From: Chrysomallon squamiferum
Taxonomy: Eukaryota > Animalia > Mollusca
NCBI GenBank assembly: GCA_012295275.1
Contig: CM022667.1
Coordinates: 1,984,001-2,048,000 of the forward strand
Direction of reading: 5' to 3'
Length of the DNA stretch: 64,000 nucleotides
How positions within the stretch are numbered: position 1 is the first letter of the stretch; the number at the start of each line of letters is the position of its first letter. A program made the position numbers and the translations under genes. Under the pieces are notes generated by a model, which did no database searches, was not told where the DNA came from, and saw nothing but the letters and a program-made list of their open reading frames with translations. Shown here piece by piece: positions 1-12,680 of the stretch.

Positions 1-23
1 ACTTCTTAGATGTTTTACGTCTC

Positions 24-170
<147 letters not shown>

Positions 171-602
171 TAGGTTTGTCCTTGTTTATGACAAATCGTA
201 GGAGCCTTTAAAATAATTTTACTTGATTACATGGCGCGTTATCCAGCTGATAAACAATTAGTAAAATATCCTCAATTCACTCTCCTACTTCAAAACACAC
301 ACCTTACCACCTAATTATCTATGCCTAGAACTTAAAACATTCAGTCATAAAATTTAGTTCATTTAAGCAATATTTATTTCTGTTCATTAAAATCAAGGTC
401 GCGTTGAGCGTAATGATTCGACATTCGTTAACTATCAAGTTAAGGACAATAATTTGCAGAACAAGTGAAAAAAATCGTTTACGAAGACCAACTGTCCTGT
501 TAATTTTTTAATCATACTGTATCCCACATATAAATGGTTTTATATTAAAAAATATGTGTTCTAAAACTCCTGCAATGTTAAAGCATTTGCTCAGTGATTA
601 TG

Positions 603-831
603 GGCTACATACACTGAGCTACATACACTGAGTAGCAGACAATGAGCTACATACAGTGAGCTGCAGACACTGAGCTGCAGACACTGAGCTGTATACACTG
701 AGTTGTAGACACTGAGCTGTAGACACTGAGCTGCACACACTGAGCTGCAGACACTGAGCTACATACACTGAGCTGCAGACACTGAGCTGTAGACACTGAG
801 CTGCAGACACTGAGCTGCAGACACTGAGCTC
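603..831. repeat. 14-bp minisatellite (ACACTGAGCTGCAG), ~16 copies
   Basis: Direct reading of the periodicity. Confidence 0.92.
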
Positions 832-3800
832 CACCAGACGTTCATACTTTAAGCAGCAGGTTCAGTCTTGGATATTCCAATTGTTTTCCACACCCAGTTG
901 TTTACTCGGAAAAAGTTGCTTAAATATCGGAATATAAACACATACACGCGGATTATCGGACACTGCTACTTATATTATCTTGAATACTCTCTCTCGCGTG
1001 CACACACACATATACACACATATACACACACTTACGGGCACACATATACAAACACATACATAGATATATGCATGTATACATTTCAACAATCACTAGACAT
1101 AGTAAGAATCTAATTTGCAACTAATTAATTACGTCTTAATGAAAGAACGCAAAATCAATGATAAATATTTTACCAAATAGTAAAGATTAATCATCAGTGT
1201 GAACATAATACATTCCTTTATGAATTAATCTCATTTATTTTCTTAAACTCTTGCGTCAAGTTTTCTAACATCACAATTTTTAACACTATGCCTAAATGTA
1301 CGTGATCCGAAAGTGTCAGTAGAGGACGGATTCGTTTTTGAACCTGTACCTACACTGAACCTCTGGCATTTCTCAGCCTCTGATTGTTTGAAAGCTGTTT
1401 TGCAACAACTGTGTGATACCTTGGTCGACATCGGGTATTTTGTTATATTAAAGATAGAGGAAGGTCAACCGACGCGATAAAGGTGAGGTAAAAAAATCTT
1501 ATTTCGCCCATGTAAATGTAATTTTTTGCTATTTTTATAGGTGTATAGTCCTGGAAGGTATATACGTGCATATATAGGATATTACATATTTGTAAGTTAG
1601 GACATAGTCTTTGCATATAAAGATCGAAAAAGCTGAATTTCACGCCGCGTCCGAAAAATTACAAGCGGGTATTTTTTATGTCTAGTATTGCGCTGTATTG
1701 AATCACTACTCGTCATTATATTTAACCAGCGGTCGAAATGTTGCGGCGTTCGGCCCTACAACCTAAATTGTGATCTGATGCTGATTATACAGCTGCAGCC
1801 AGGTTTGAAATGGAAAGGTCAGATTCAGTGTCCGAACAAGAGAATTGAGAAACGTCATAATCGTGGCGACACCAACAACGCTGTGAACCTGACAACAGAA
1901 CCTGAACAGCACTGTGCTCCGCCCAAATCCGCAAATGAAGATTGCGAGCCTGAAAATGCAGATCTTGAGTCGTTTGTCCCAGAGAGATGAGCGCCGTGCG
2001 CCACAAGGACACAACAGTAGCAACACTAACGTCCTTCAAGCCTCTTTAAAGCTAGTATCAACAAACTGGATGATCGATGCTTCTACAGATCTGTAAATAG
2101 CCAGACACCACAACTTCAAAATACGGTCAGAGATGACGATGGACATTCAGTTGACTTTCAAGTTGACACCGTCAGATATGCACGATCACAAATAACGATC
2201 AACTTATATGAGGATCTGGATATATAACGTACACATTGAATGTACTATTTTGAATTGATGTTTATTCCTTCCTTCCTTTTTATTTTTCGAATTCTGTGTT
2301 GCAGCAGTCTCAAACAGGCGAAAGATAATGTATTGAAAATGGAATTTACAAAGGATACGCGGAATCCCCTATATTGAACCGCTTTGTCCTTACACCGAAG
2401 CCCGGTTCAGTTTAAGAACCGATAGGGATCAAAATAAGTCACGGGGACATTAAATTGAACCTTTGTCGATATTTTTTAATTAGTCAGTAAACCTAGGAGC
2501 TTGTAAGTTAAACTCTTTTTTTTACTTTACTTATGACATCTAACATCTATCAACTACGACTATTCTGATCTTCTTTGATTGGATCTGAACTGAGCAGTGA
2601 AGGTCAGAAGTTAGGGGGTTCAGTATACGAACACTTCCCCTAGTATTAAAATCTTAAAATATACACATCTTATAGCAATCTTATACCTTATAATGCAGTT
2701 TCTACTGACATTTTAAAAAATTATTTTACTTACATGTAACTAAATGTTTTCGTTAGCACTAAGAAATCAAGGACGTATAAGATAACAAACTTATTACTGC
2801 AGAGTATAAATTATAATATGGATTAATTAGTTGTCGCTTAATTTTTGGGCCCGTTTTTCCATGTCAGGCGCATGAATTCATTTCGTTACAGAAAAGCTGT
2901 AATATCTTAAAAAGTGTCATTGAATTTTTGTGCCTTGAACTAATGATTACAACAAGGCAACAGCAGCAACAACAACACAACAACAGCAATAATAACAACA
3001 ATAACGACAATCGAAATTAAAAAAAAGCAAAAAAAAAAAAAAAAAAAAAAAAATACGTTAATATTATTGAAAAACAAGATTCAAAACTTACGTTAACATT
3101 CATAATTGAAACAAAATGTCAGCACTTAATCTTTTTTTCTTACTTTTTTGCTTTTTATTATAACTTTTTTCTTTCTTCTTTCTTTATTATTTTTTTTTTT
3201 TTTTTTTTTTTAATGAACTACAATACCTATTAATGTTTATATAATCATATAGATTTTTGCCCACGTCTCAAACACAGTGGTTGAATGCTCGTAATGAATT
3301 TCGTGACTTCTACACACTTATTGACATTTCTTGACAGTGTTAACAAAATCTGTGCTTTCAGGCAAGATACATTTTCTGGGTGGCATTATAAACAAACATA
3401 ACGTGAACTTTAACATTTATAAGTAGACAAATAAAATGAAGATAACGGTTTGATATTTTCACGGATTTCGATTAAAAAAGATGCATATACGAACGCACAT
3501 ATGAACACTCAAACAGACACACAAAAACTCACCCCACACACACATATAAACACACACATACACACATACACATATGTATATATATAAATACGTACACACA
3601 CACACACACACATATATAATATATATAAAAACAGATACACATTACAAATACAGGCATACTTACAAAAACACACATGCATACATCCAGACATTCTTACATA
3701 CATTCCTATATACGTGCATACATACACACGTGAACACACCCACAGCCACACCCATACGTATGTGCGTATACACAAAACGCGATCAGGGTGCGGTCGTGGT

Positions 3801-3997
3801 TTTTTGGGGTCTTCTTTCGTATACAAGCTGACTTATAAATAATGAAAACGAAATTGTTGGTTTCAAAATCGATAATAAAAGTAACAGAAATAAAGGTAAT
3901 TAACTTTTACAGTAGAAAAACAAGGTCTTGTAGAGTTACGTCCCTTGGCTCCTTTCCACGAAAACTAATAAAAAGAAATTACGCGATCATCTAATGT

Positions 3998-4061
<64 letters not shown>

Positions 4062-4535
4062 CACAAGAAGACAGGGAGACAGAGAGAGAATGAGAGAATG
4101 AACAAGACAGAAAGAGAGTGATAGAAAAAGAGAGAGTTGGAAAGATTTAGAGAGAAGAAAGCAGCATAACAACAAGAAGAACTGTAACGATAATAAAAAC
4201 TAAATAAAGAAAGACAAAAACAAAGACACTGTTGACCAACGTAGTTTATATTTCAGTACAAAACGTGGCGTTTCCTGCGGTCACGTGATCATTGTACGTA
4301 CCACAATATCGCTCATTTCAAAGTCTTTAGTATCATACTCACCAGATGTCTTCGATCATGTACAGATAATACGTCTAATTTATTCTGACATACATAAAAA
4401 AAATAAAAAAATAAAATTAAAAAAAATAAGTGAAATACACAGATTATTCAGTGCATTAAGGTCACTGTGTCTCTGTACTTTCAACTGCACGGTTCTGTGA
4501 TTTCAGTACAAGAAGCAAAAAAAAAAAAAAAAAAA

Positions 4536-4569
<34 letters not shown>

Positions 4570-4844
4570 TAATATATAAATATATAAAAGAATCATACGT
4601 ACAAGGAAAGAAACTGAGGGACACAAACTAGAAGATGTAGGTCGGGTTGTGTGTGCTGTAAGTATTTTCAAATTTTAATACTGTTTCTTTGTAGAAGAAA
4701 ACAGGGCGTGGTCCTTTATAACTCATTAGAGTGTTATTATTAAAAAAGTATTTAACGAGGAGTAAAGATGATGATGATGATGATAATAATAATAATAATA
4801 ATAATAATAATAGCAATACTAGTAATAATAATAATAATAATAGC

Positions 4845-4898
<54 letters not shown>

Positions 4899-5241
4899 TA
4901 ATTAATTAATTAACTAAAATTAAATAAATAAATAAATAAAATAAATAAATAAATAAATAAAACCATTAAATTACCTATTACATTTTTGTTCTCTAAATAA
5001 TTATTATTACAATCATACGTTCAACTCACAGTGATAACGGTATCAAATTACGCTCTTGATAAAACTTGCATAGAAATTTCAATATTCTGTTCCCTGTGCA
5101 CATGTGAATTGTTATAGTTATATTATTAAAAATCGAATTAGTGTTTGTATTGTTAAGTATGCTGTGAAGACAACACAGGAGTGTTAAAATAATTTCACAC
5201 TAACGTAACGTTCAGCTCAACATAACTAACATTACCGTAGC

Positions 5242-5313
5242 GGTTCTATGGTGTAATGGTTAGCACTTTGGACTCTGAATCCAGCGATCCGAGTTCAAGT
5301 CTCGGTAGAACCT
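5242..5313 (+). tRNA. tRNA-Gln(CTG)
   Basis: 72 nt GGTTCTA...TAGAACCT; intact acceptor stem, A box TGGTGTAATGG, B box GAGTTCAAGTC, anticodon loop CT-CTG-AA, downstream T run. Confidence 0.96.
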
Positions 5314-5859
5314 AATTCATTGAATATTTTTTTATTTTTAAATCATTGTTGATATTATTTTTTTTTTATTGTGAAATCATTGTTTATAATTGTTTATGGA
5401 TTTTTATTGTACTACTGTTACTGCTGAATGTATCTCTTGTTGGTATTCATATTACCACTACTACTACTACTATTAATTCCTACTACTACTACTATTTGTC
5501 CCACTTAATTCTACTACTACTAACAGTACTACTACCACCACCACCACTAATACTACTACTATTACTGTGATTATTATTATAAACTGTTACTTCTGGTAAC
5601 TGCTGCTACTACTACAAATATTATCATAATCATCATTATTATTATTTATCATCATCATCGTCGTCGTCATCATTTCTTAATCATGATTATTATATTTATC
5701 TTCATCGTCGTCAATATGGTTTACCAAGTTATTCGAAGTACAGATATTTTCTTTTTTGAATCGGAAAAACGTTTGTAGAACAAAAGTAAATAATGCAGTA
5801 CTAAAATAATATCACACTGATTTAACGTTGCATTGGGTATATTAAAGCTTTCATGTAGC

Positions 5860-5931
5860 GGTTCTATGGTGTAATGGTTAGCACTTTGGACTCTGAATCC
5901 AGCGATCCGAGTTCAAGTCTCGGTAGAACCT
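5860..5931 (+). tRNA. tRNA-Gln(CTG)
   Basis: Identical to 5242-5313. Confidence 0.96.
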
Positions 5932-6294
5932 AATTTGATTTTTACATATTTTATGTTTTATTTAAACATTGTTTATATTTTATATCTACATCATTACTTT
6001 TGTTTATATTATTGCTGTAATTTATAAAAAAATTATTATACAGATTATTATTGTTGATACTGCTGAATGCATGTCAGTTGTTATTGTTATTTATGTCTAA
6101 TTATAATTATCTTCATCCCTGCAATGGTTTCTAACAAGTTCATCGGGAAACACAAATATTTTCTTTTTTGAATCAGAAAAGAACAAAAATAAATTTTGTC
6201 TTACCTTGCATGCAAATTTCAACACGAATAATACAGTGTTGAAATAATATCACACTAACTTAACGTTGCATTGGTACATCCTTCTCAAGGTAAA

Positions 6295-6327
6295 GTTTTT
6301 ATGGTTTAATGGTTAGGGCTTTGGACT
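6295..6327 (+). pseudogene. 5' half (nt 1-33) of a tRNA-Gln gene, interrupted at the anticodon
   Basis: 28/33 identity to tRNA nt 1-33. Preceded by the same upstream flank as the 5860 copy (aaataatatcacacta..ttaacgttgcattgg). Similarity stops after ...TTGGACT. Confidence 0.85.
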
Positions 6328-8330
6328 AAGACTTACAATTAGGGTTGGTTTGGGTAGGGTCGGATGTGGACACGTTTCACATCGACTTAGGGTTGGGAAA
6401 ATGTTTTTTTTTTCAAAAGTAATATTATGTCTTGTGCAGAAAAAAAAAACCCTACAAAATGTAGAAGAAAGGATAACAGCTATAGATTTAAGAAAAGAAA
6501 TAAAGAAGAAAACTGTTTATAAAAAGGAATGCATAGTTACCACAAAAGTTGAAGACAATAAAAAAAAATATCAGCAGGCGACATAATCGATTACGTAAGT
6601 GTTCAGATGGGTGATGTAATTAGAGCTTGTGTACCGAAAGGATCGGAGAGATTATGAAGTTACTCTGGATGATATAATTCATGCCAGAATGATAGCAGAA
6701 AACAAAAACTGGAATTGAAAGGAATTAAGAATGAAAGCTAGAGTTTTACGTTCTGAAACTACAGTTGTATCGTTCTTACATTTACCGACATACACAGGTG
6801 ACGAAATCACAGAAGGAAAAAACTAAGATCACTGAAAACAGAAATCTCAACACCTGTTTATACACGAATTTACGAAGATACAACAACTGCTGAAGGAACA
6901 AGATATGTCAGGGTAAAATGACCACCAGAGACAAAACAATTAATTTAACTCTATGAAGTTTAAAACAGTGGAAGGAATAGAGGATTTTCGTGTTTTACTC
7001 GACAATGAAGTGAAAGTTTGCTACAGTTGTATGGCTGACAGTCATGTACTCAAGGGTTGCTCAAATGTAATATGTCATTAGTGCAACGAAAAAGGAAATT
7101 TTGCAAGAAATTGTCAAAACACTTTTCTGTGCGAAAAGTGGGGCAGAAAAGAAGATGAATGTGAATGTTTGTCTCAGAGTACGACAGCGCTGAACAGAAA
7201 AACAACGACAGTGACAGCGACATTATGGAGTGTGTTACAGATAACAGGAAACGAAAAAAAGAAAGAAAAAAGAAAGTGAAGCAAAATGTATCAATCAAAG
7301 AAATATAACAGAAATGAAAAATAATAAAGAAGAACAAAAATCACAAACTGGAGAGAAAACAGAAAAAAAAAAGAAGAGTAAAACCAAATGAAAAATATTA
7401 ACAAGGACGCCGAAACCAGCAGAACATAGTCAGGAGACAAAAGTTGTGCGTCGGTCAAGATTAATCGAACGTCCCAAGAGAAAATATGGAGCTTGGTAGA
7501 CAAATAGAAAAAATAAATAAAAAAAGAGACAAGCAGCGCGCATGAAAAGTGAGAGAGAAAGTGTTAGCTGAACGATGAATCAGTATGAAGAGGTGATAAG
7601 CTATACAATGTTTAAAACTGATTTAATCAGTCAACTGTCCTACTCTACAGTAATTACTATCATGTCTTTACTTCTTCTGTCACATACTGTTAACGGTTTA
7701 ACAGTTAAAATGAAATTAATATCATATCGGGTGACTATAATTAAATAATGAATTATAATTTAGACAGGCTAGAAAATAAACATGCTTCACAAAAATTTAG
7801 AAAATTCAGTCTGAGCTGTAATTTAATTTATATTTGACACTAGAAACATTTAGCTAAAAAATCATATACTGGAAGTCAAATTGTTGAAGACAAAATGAAG
7901 CAAAGCAGAATTGAATACATTTTTTTTTTGTACTAGAATCATGATTCATAATGTTATTAATTGTCACATTAGACATACTAGTTTCAGTGAATGAGAATGA
8001 ATTAGAATTGATATGTCTGAAGCAGAAAGAGGGCCTGGAGAATGAGATTTCAATAATTCATTACTAAATGGATTGGAACTCAATTGCAAAATCATAGAAA
8101 TTTTAAAGGTTGCTTCAGAAGATCCTTTCGGTGATAGTAATATTTTAGTATGGTGGGACAATTTAAAATACAAGATAAAAAAATGCGCCAAAGACTTTTC
8201 TATTAAAAACATCAGGTAGAAAATAAAATTTCTTCTTCTTCTTTTTTCTTATATCTGTATTTTAGGTAATTCAGCTTACAAAAAAAAGCTGTTGATAACA
8301 TTGATTTGAAATTATTGTATGTGTATTATA
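6328..8330 (+). mobile_element. Decayed Tx1/L1-clade non-LTR retrotransposon (ORF1 plus the endonuclease part of ORF2; RT absent)
   Basis: Manual translation across stops and frameshifts. ORF1: ...RACVPK, TVVSFLHLPTY (~6760), EGTRYVRVK (~6890), FRVLLDNEVKV, CYSCMADSHVLKGC (CX2CX4HX4C, 7019-7060) and a second decayed knuckle CH*CNEKGNFARNC. ORF2 from ~7662: MSLLLLSHTVNGL, ISGDYN, KQSRIEYIF (~7900), ERGPGE*DFNNSLL (~8025), WWDNLKYKIKKCAKDFS (~8150). The 3' boundary is approximate. Confidence 0.85.
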
Positions 8331-8499
8331 ATTTATAAAAAAATATTATACCGATTAATATTGTTGTTACTATTGTTACTGGTGCGTATTACCACCACCA
8401 CCACCACCACTACTACTACTACTATTACTACTACTACTACTACTACTACTACAACTACTATTACTAATACTACTACTACTATTACTGCTTCAGCTACTA

Positions 8500-8543
<44 letters not shown>

Positions 8544-8907
8544 ATACTACTACTTCTACTATTACTGCTTCTATTACACTACTTCTACTACTACTATTTC
8601 ACTGTTTACTACTACAACTACTAATACTAATACTGCTGCTACTACACTACTACTACTACTACTACTACTATTAGTGCTATTACACTACTATTACTACTTT
8701 CTTTCTTGAATCAGACAAACTGTTTTTAGCAAAAAAGTATATAAATAAATAAAATAAAATATAATAAATTAAAAATTAGAAAAACAAAAAACAGCAACAA
8801 ATATGTCTTATCATGTGCGCGAATTCGAACAGGAATGATACTATTAAAACGATACACTCTTCTTTACCGTTATGTTGACTATAACATTACAAAACTACTA
8901 ACCTAAC

Positions 8908-8979
8908 GGTTCTATGGTGTAATGGTTAGCACTTTGGACTTTGAATCCAGCGATCCGAGTTCAAGTCTCGGTAGAACCT
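8908..8979 (+). tRNA. tRNA-Gln(TTG)
   Basis: Same body as the CTG copies, anticodon loop CT-TTG-AA. Confidence 0.96.
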
Positions 8980-9265
8980 AACTTATTGCATATAATTATT
9001 TTATGTTTAAATCATTGTTTATATTATTATTTATTTGTTTTAAATATTTGTTTAGTTTTGTACTCCACATAGCTGAACTTTTACAGTGTTGATAAAACTG
9101 ATTTGAAACACAATGTATTTAGATGTGTATGTTATATAAGAGGCGCGTTGTGCTCTATGTAATGTAATTTCAAGCGTATTCAGTATTATATGTTGTTTAT
9201 TTAATAGCACAATATAGGGCGTGGTCCTTTTTAAATCGTCATTCAGTGATTTACCAAAAAAAAAA

Positions 9266-9325
<60 letters not shown>

Positions 9326-9562
9326 TAAAAAATAAATAAATAAATAAATATAAATATAAAAATAAAAAATAATAATAAAATAAATAATTTAAATCTGGCA
9401 AATGTATTAGTCTTTTTTTTTTCTATAAATTATTATTATTATTACGTAATTATTGTCACATGTTCTACTCATGTGTTGTTAAAATCAATATGTCGTTTTA
9501 AAATAATATAACACAAGTTTAACACCGAACTCAGTATAACTTTGTTAAAATGGTAACGTAAC

Positions 9563-9634
9563 GGTTCTATGGTGTAATGGTTAGCACTTTGGACTCTGAA
9601 TCCAGCGATCCGAGTTCAAGTCTCGGTAGAACCT
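9563..9634 (+). tRNA. tRNA-Gln(CTG)
   Basis: Identical to 5242-5313. Confidence 0.96.
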
Positions 9635-9820
9635 AACTTATTGTGAGTATCTTATTTTAAAATCATTTTTGACATTTTCGTCGTCGTTGTTGTCTTAACC
9701 ATGATTATTATAATTATCTTTATCATCGTCAGTGTTGTCTTTTTTCAATCAGAAAAATGTTTGTAGAACTAAAATAAAATTTGTCTCAACTTGTACGTGA
9801 ATTTGAACAGGAATAATGTA

Positions 9821-9990
9821 GTGTTAAAATAATATCACACTAATTTAACGTAGAGATGAGAATAACATTATTAAAGTGTTAAAATAATATCACACTAATT
9901 TAACGTAGAGATGAGAATAACATTATTAAAGTGTTAAAATAATATCACACTAATTTAACCAAGAGATGAGAGTAACATTATTAAAGGGTT
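9821..9990. repeat. 55-bp tandem repeat (3 copies) of the tRNA upstream flank
   Basis: GTGTTAAAATAATATCACACTAATTTAAC... starts at 9821, 9876 and 9931. Confidence 0.93.
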
Positions 9991-9997
9991 AAGTAAC

Positions 9998-10069
9998 GGC
10001 TCTATGGTGTAATGGTTAGCACTTTGGACTTTGAATCCAGCGATCCGAGTTCAAGTCTCGGTAGAACCT
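9998..10069 (+). tRNA. tRNA-Gln(TTG), T3C variant with an acceptor-stem mismatch
   Basis: Starts GGCTCTA against the 3' strand TAGAACC, giving a C.A mismatch at pair 3; otherwise identical to 8908-8979. Confidence 0.9.
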
Positions 10070-10234
10070 AATTAGCTTTTTGTTTTTTATATATAAACAT
10101 ATTTATTTTTATTTAAACATTGCTCGTATTCTATACATCAACAATTGCTTACATTAATACTTTTTGTTTTTGTTTTGAAACCACTACTACGGTTACTATT
10201 ACTCTTATAATTACTGCTACTATTGCTACTACTA

Positions 10235-10266
<32 letters not shown>

Positions 10267-10514
10267 GCTACTACTGCTACTACTACCTTTACTACTACTA
10301 CAGTAATTATTAATTGTTATAATAATCATCATTATCATCATAATCATTACCATCACTATTATAATTATCTTCATCATAGACAATGTTTTTTTTTTTTTTT
10401 TAACAAGTTAATCGAATCTCAGTGTTTCCAGGACAAAAAAATTAAAAATAAAAATCGACAAAAAACAACTAATGTGTCTTATCTTGTACGCCATTCCAAC
10501 GGGAATGATACAAT

Positions 10515-10825
10515 CAAAATAAAATAACACTAATTTAACGTGAGATGAGAATAACATTATTAAAGTGTTAAAATAATATCACACTAATTTAACGTAGAGA
10601 TGAGAATAACATTATTAAAGTGTTAAAATAATATCACACTAATTTAACGTAGAGATGAGAATAACATTATTAAAGTGTTAAAATAATATCACACTAATTT
10701 AACGTAGAGATGAGAATAACATTATTAAAGTGTTAAAATAATATCACACTAATTTAACGCTGAGATGAGAATAACATTATTAAAGTGTTAACATAATGTC
10801 TCACTAATTTAACGTTGAGATAACA
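10515..10825. repeat. 55-bp tandem repeat (~5.5 copies) of the tRNA upstream flank
   Basis: Unit starts at 10565, 10620, 10675, 10730 and ~10785; the array abuts the tRNA at 10830. Confidence 0.93.
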
Positions 10826-10829
10826 TATC

Positions 10830-10901
10830 GGTTCTATGGTGTAATGGTTAGCACTTTGGACTCTGAATCCAGCGATCCGAGTTCAAGTCTCGGTAGAACC
10901 T
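10830..10901 (+). tRNA. tRNA-Gln(CTG)
   Basis: Identical to 5242-5313. Confidence 0.96.
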
Positions 10902-11361
10902 AATTTGCTTTTTATATAGAAATATTTTTATTTTTATTTAAACATTCTTGATAAAACTGATTTGAAACACAACGTATTTAGATGTGTATGTTATATAAGA
11001 GGCTGCTTTTGCTGTATGTACTGTAATTTCAAGCGTTTTCAATATTTAATTTTAATAGCACAATACAGGGCGTGGTCCTTTATAAATCGTCAAAATATCT
11101 GTTTATGCATACAGTGATTTACAACAAAAAAAGAAAAAAATAATAATAATAATAAATTGATTATATAAGACATAATTACATAATTATTGTCATATGTTCT
11201 ACTGCATCTGCATGTGAAATTTTATAATTACATATTTTAAAAAAAAAATCGAATAAGTCTTTGTGTTGTTAAAATCAGAATGTCGTTAACAGTGTTTTAA
11301 AATAATATTACACTTTCTCAACACCGAACTGAGTATAACATTAAGACAATCTTATCGCAAC

Positions 11362-11433
11362 GGTTCTATGGTGTAATGGTTAGCACTTTGGACTCTGAAT
11401 CCAGCGATCCGAGTTCAAGTCTCGGTAGAACCT
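11362..11433 (+). tRNA. tRNA-Gln(CTG)
   Basis: Identical to 5242-5313; T run follows at ~11445. Confidence 0.96.
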
Positions 11434-11851
11434 AATTGATGTTATTTTTTTTTGTTTTTTTGAATATTTTGTTTTTGTTTGTTTGTTTGGGTTTATTTAT
11501 TTAGAACTACTACTACTGCTGCTACTACTACTACTACTGTTACTGCTATTACTACTACTACTATTATTAAAAATCATTGTTCATAATGTTTCTTTTTCTT
11601 TTGACGTGGGGTCGCTAATCGTGTAGATAATACAGTTATAGCAAAACTGTTTCAAATAATTATATAAGTGTGTATTATTCTTTATAAAAATGGTAGCTCA
11701 GTTGCTGTGGTTGGTGATGTTGATGTTGTGGTCGATGTTGATGTTCTTGTTGTTGTAATTATTATTACTGTCATCATCAGTGGTTAGTGTGGTTTAACAT
11801 CTTAATCGAAACACAAATATTTCCGAAAAAAAAAAATAATAATAAAAAAAA

Positions 11852-11886
<35 letters not shown>

Positions 11887-12337
11887 AATTGTTTAAAATA
11901 ATAATAATAATAATAATAATTTTTTTTTTTTTTTAAATTTTTTTTTCAAAAATTAAAAAATTGTTTACGCCTAGTCTAACCTGCCTTTCATCTCGAATCC
12001 ATAGCCGTTACTATAAATAACCCAGACATGACGTCAGACCATTGTTGATGACGTTAGGACAGACAGTACAGCGTTCTACTAACTTCGGACGCAGAAACTA
12101 AGGTTGAAAGAAAATATTAAGTCGTACGAGGTAGGAAGGTGAATGTATTGTTGTTGTTACAATTCTTTTGTCTATTGAAACGTTATGACGTTTTGGTGAA
12201 ATAGTGATCTATGACAGAAAATATAATCGCTATTTATGAATTGCTATATGCTATCTCTATTGAAAAAAACATAAAGATTCATAATTTTAAACTATTTTGA
12301 TCTAATGATGTTTATTTTGCTGCATAGCTCAAAACAC

Positions 12338-12383
<46 letters not shown>

Positions 12384-12603
12384 GGGACAGTTTAGGACAA
12401 TTTAGGGACAGTTTAAATTAAGCTTTTATTTATTTATTTATTTATTTAAATTTATTTATTTTATTTATTTATTTAATTTCTATACTCTATACCATTACAT
12501 TATAGAACCCGTTTTTATGAATAGTCGTTTAATTTGTATTTAATATTTAATTTCATATAGTCATGATAATGAGTTATCGTAATCGTATTATTATTATTAT
12601 TAT

Positions 12604-12680
<77 letters not shown>

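Noticed and set aside
603-831. Regular short repeat suggestive of CRISPR or a Cys-rich peptide; likewise 49937-50365 and 40747-42096
   Set aside because: Head-to-tail units without unique spacers, eukaryotic context, no cas genes
6339-6400. TTAGGG hexamers suggesting interstitial telomeric sequence
   Set aside because: Only two separated copies, within the G-rich leader of the retroelement
5242-11433. tRNA copies as SINE heads
   Set aside because: Full-length, near-identical cloverleaf genes followed directly by T-run terminators, with no shared SINE body or tail
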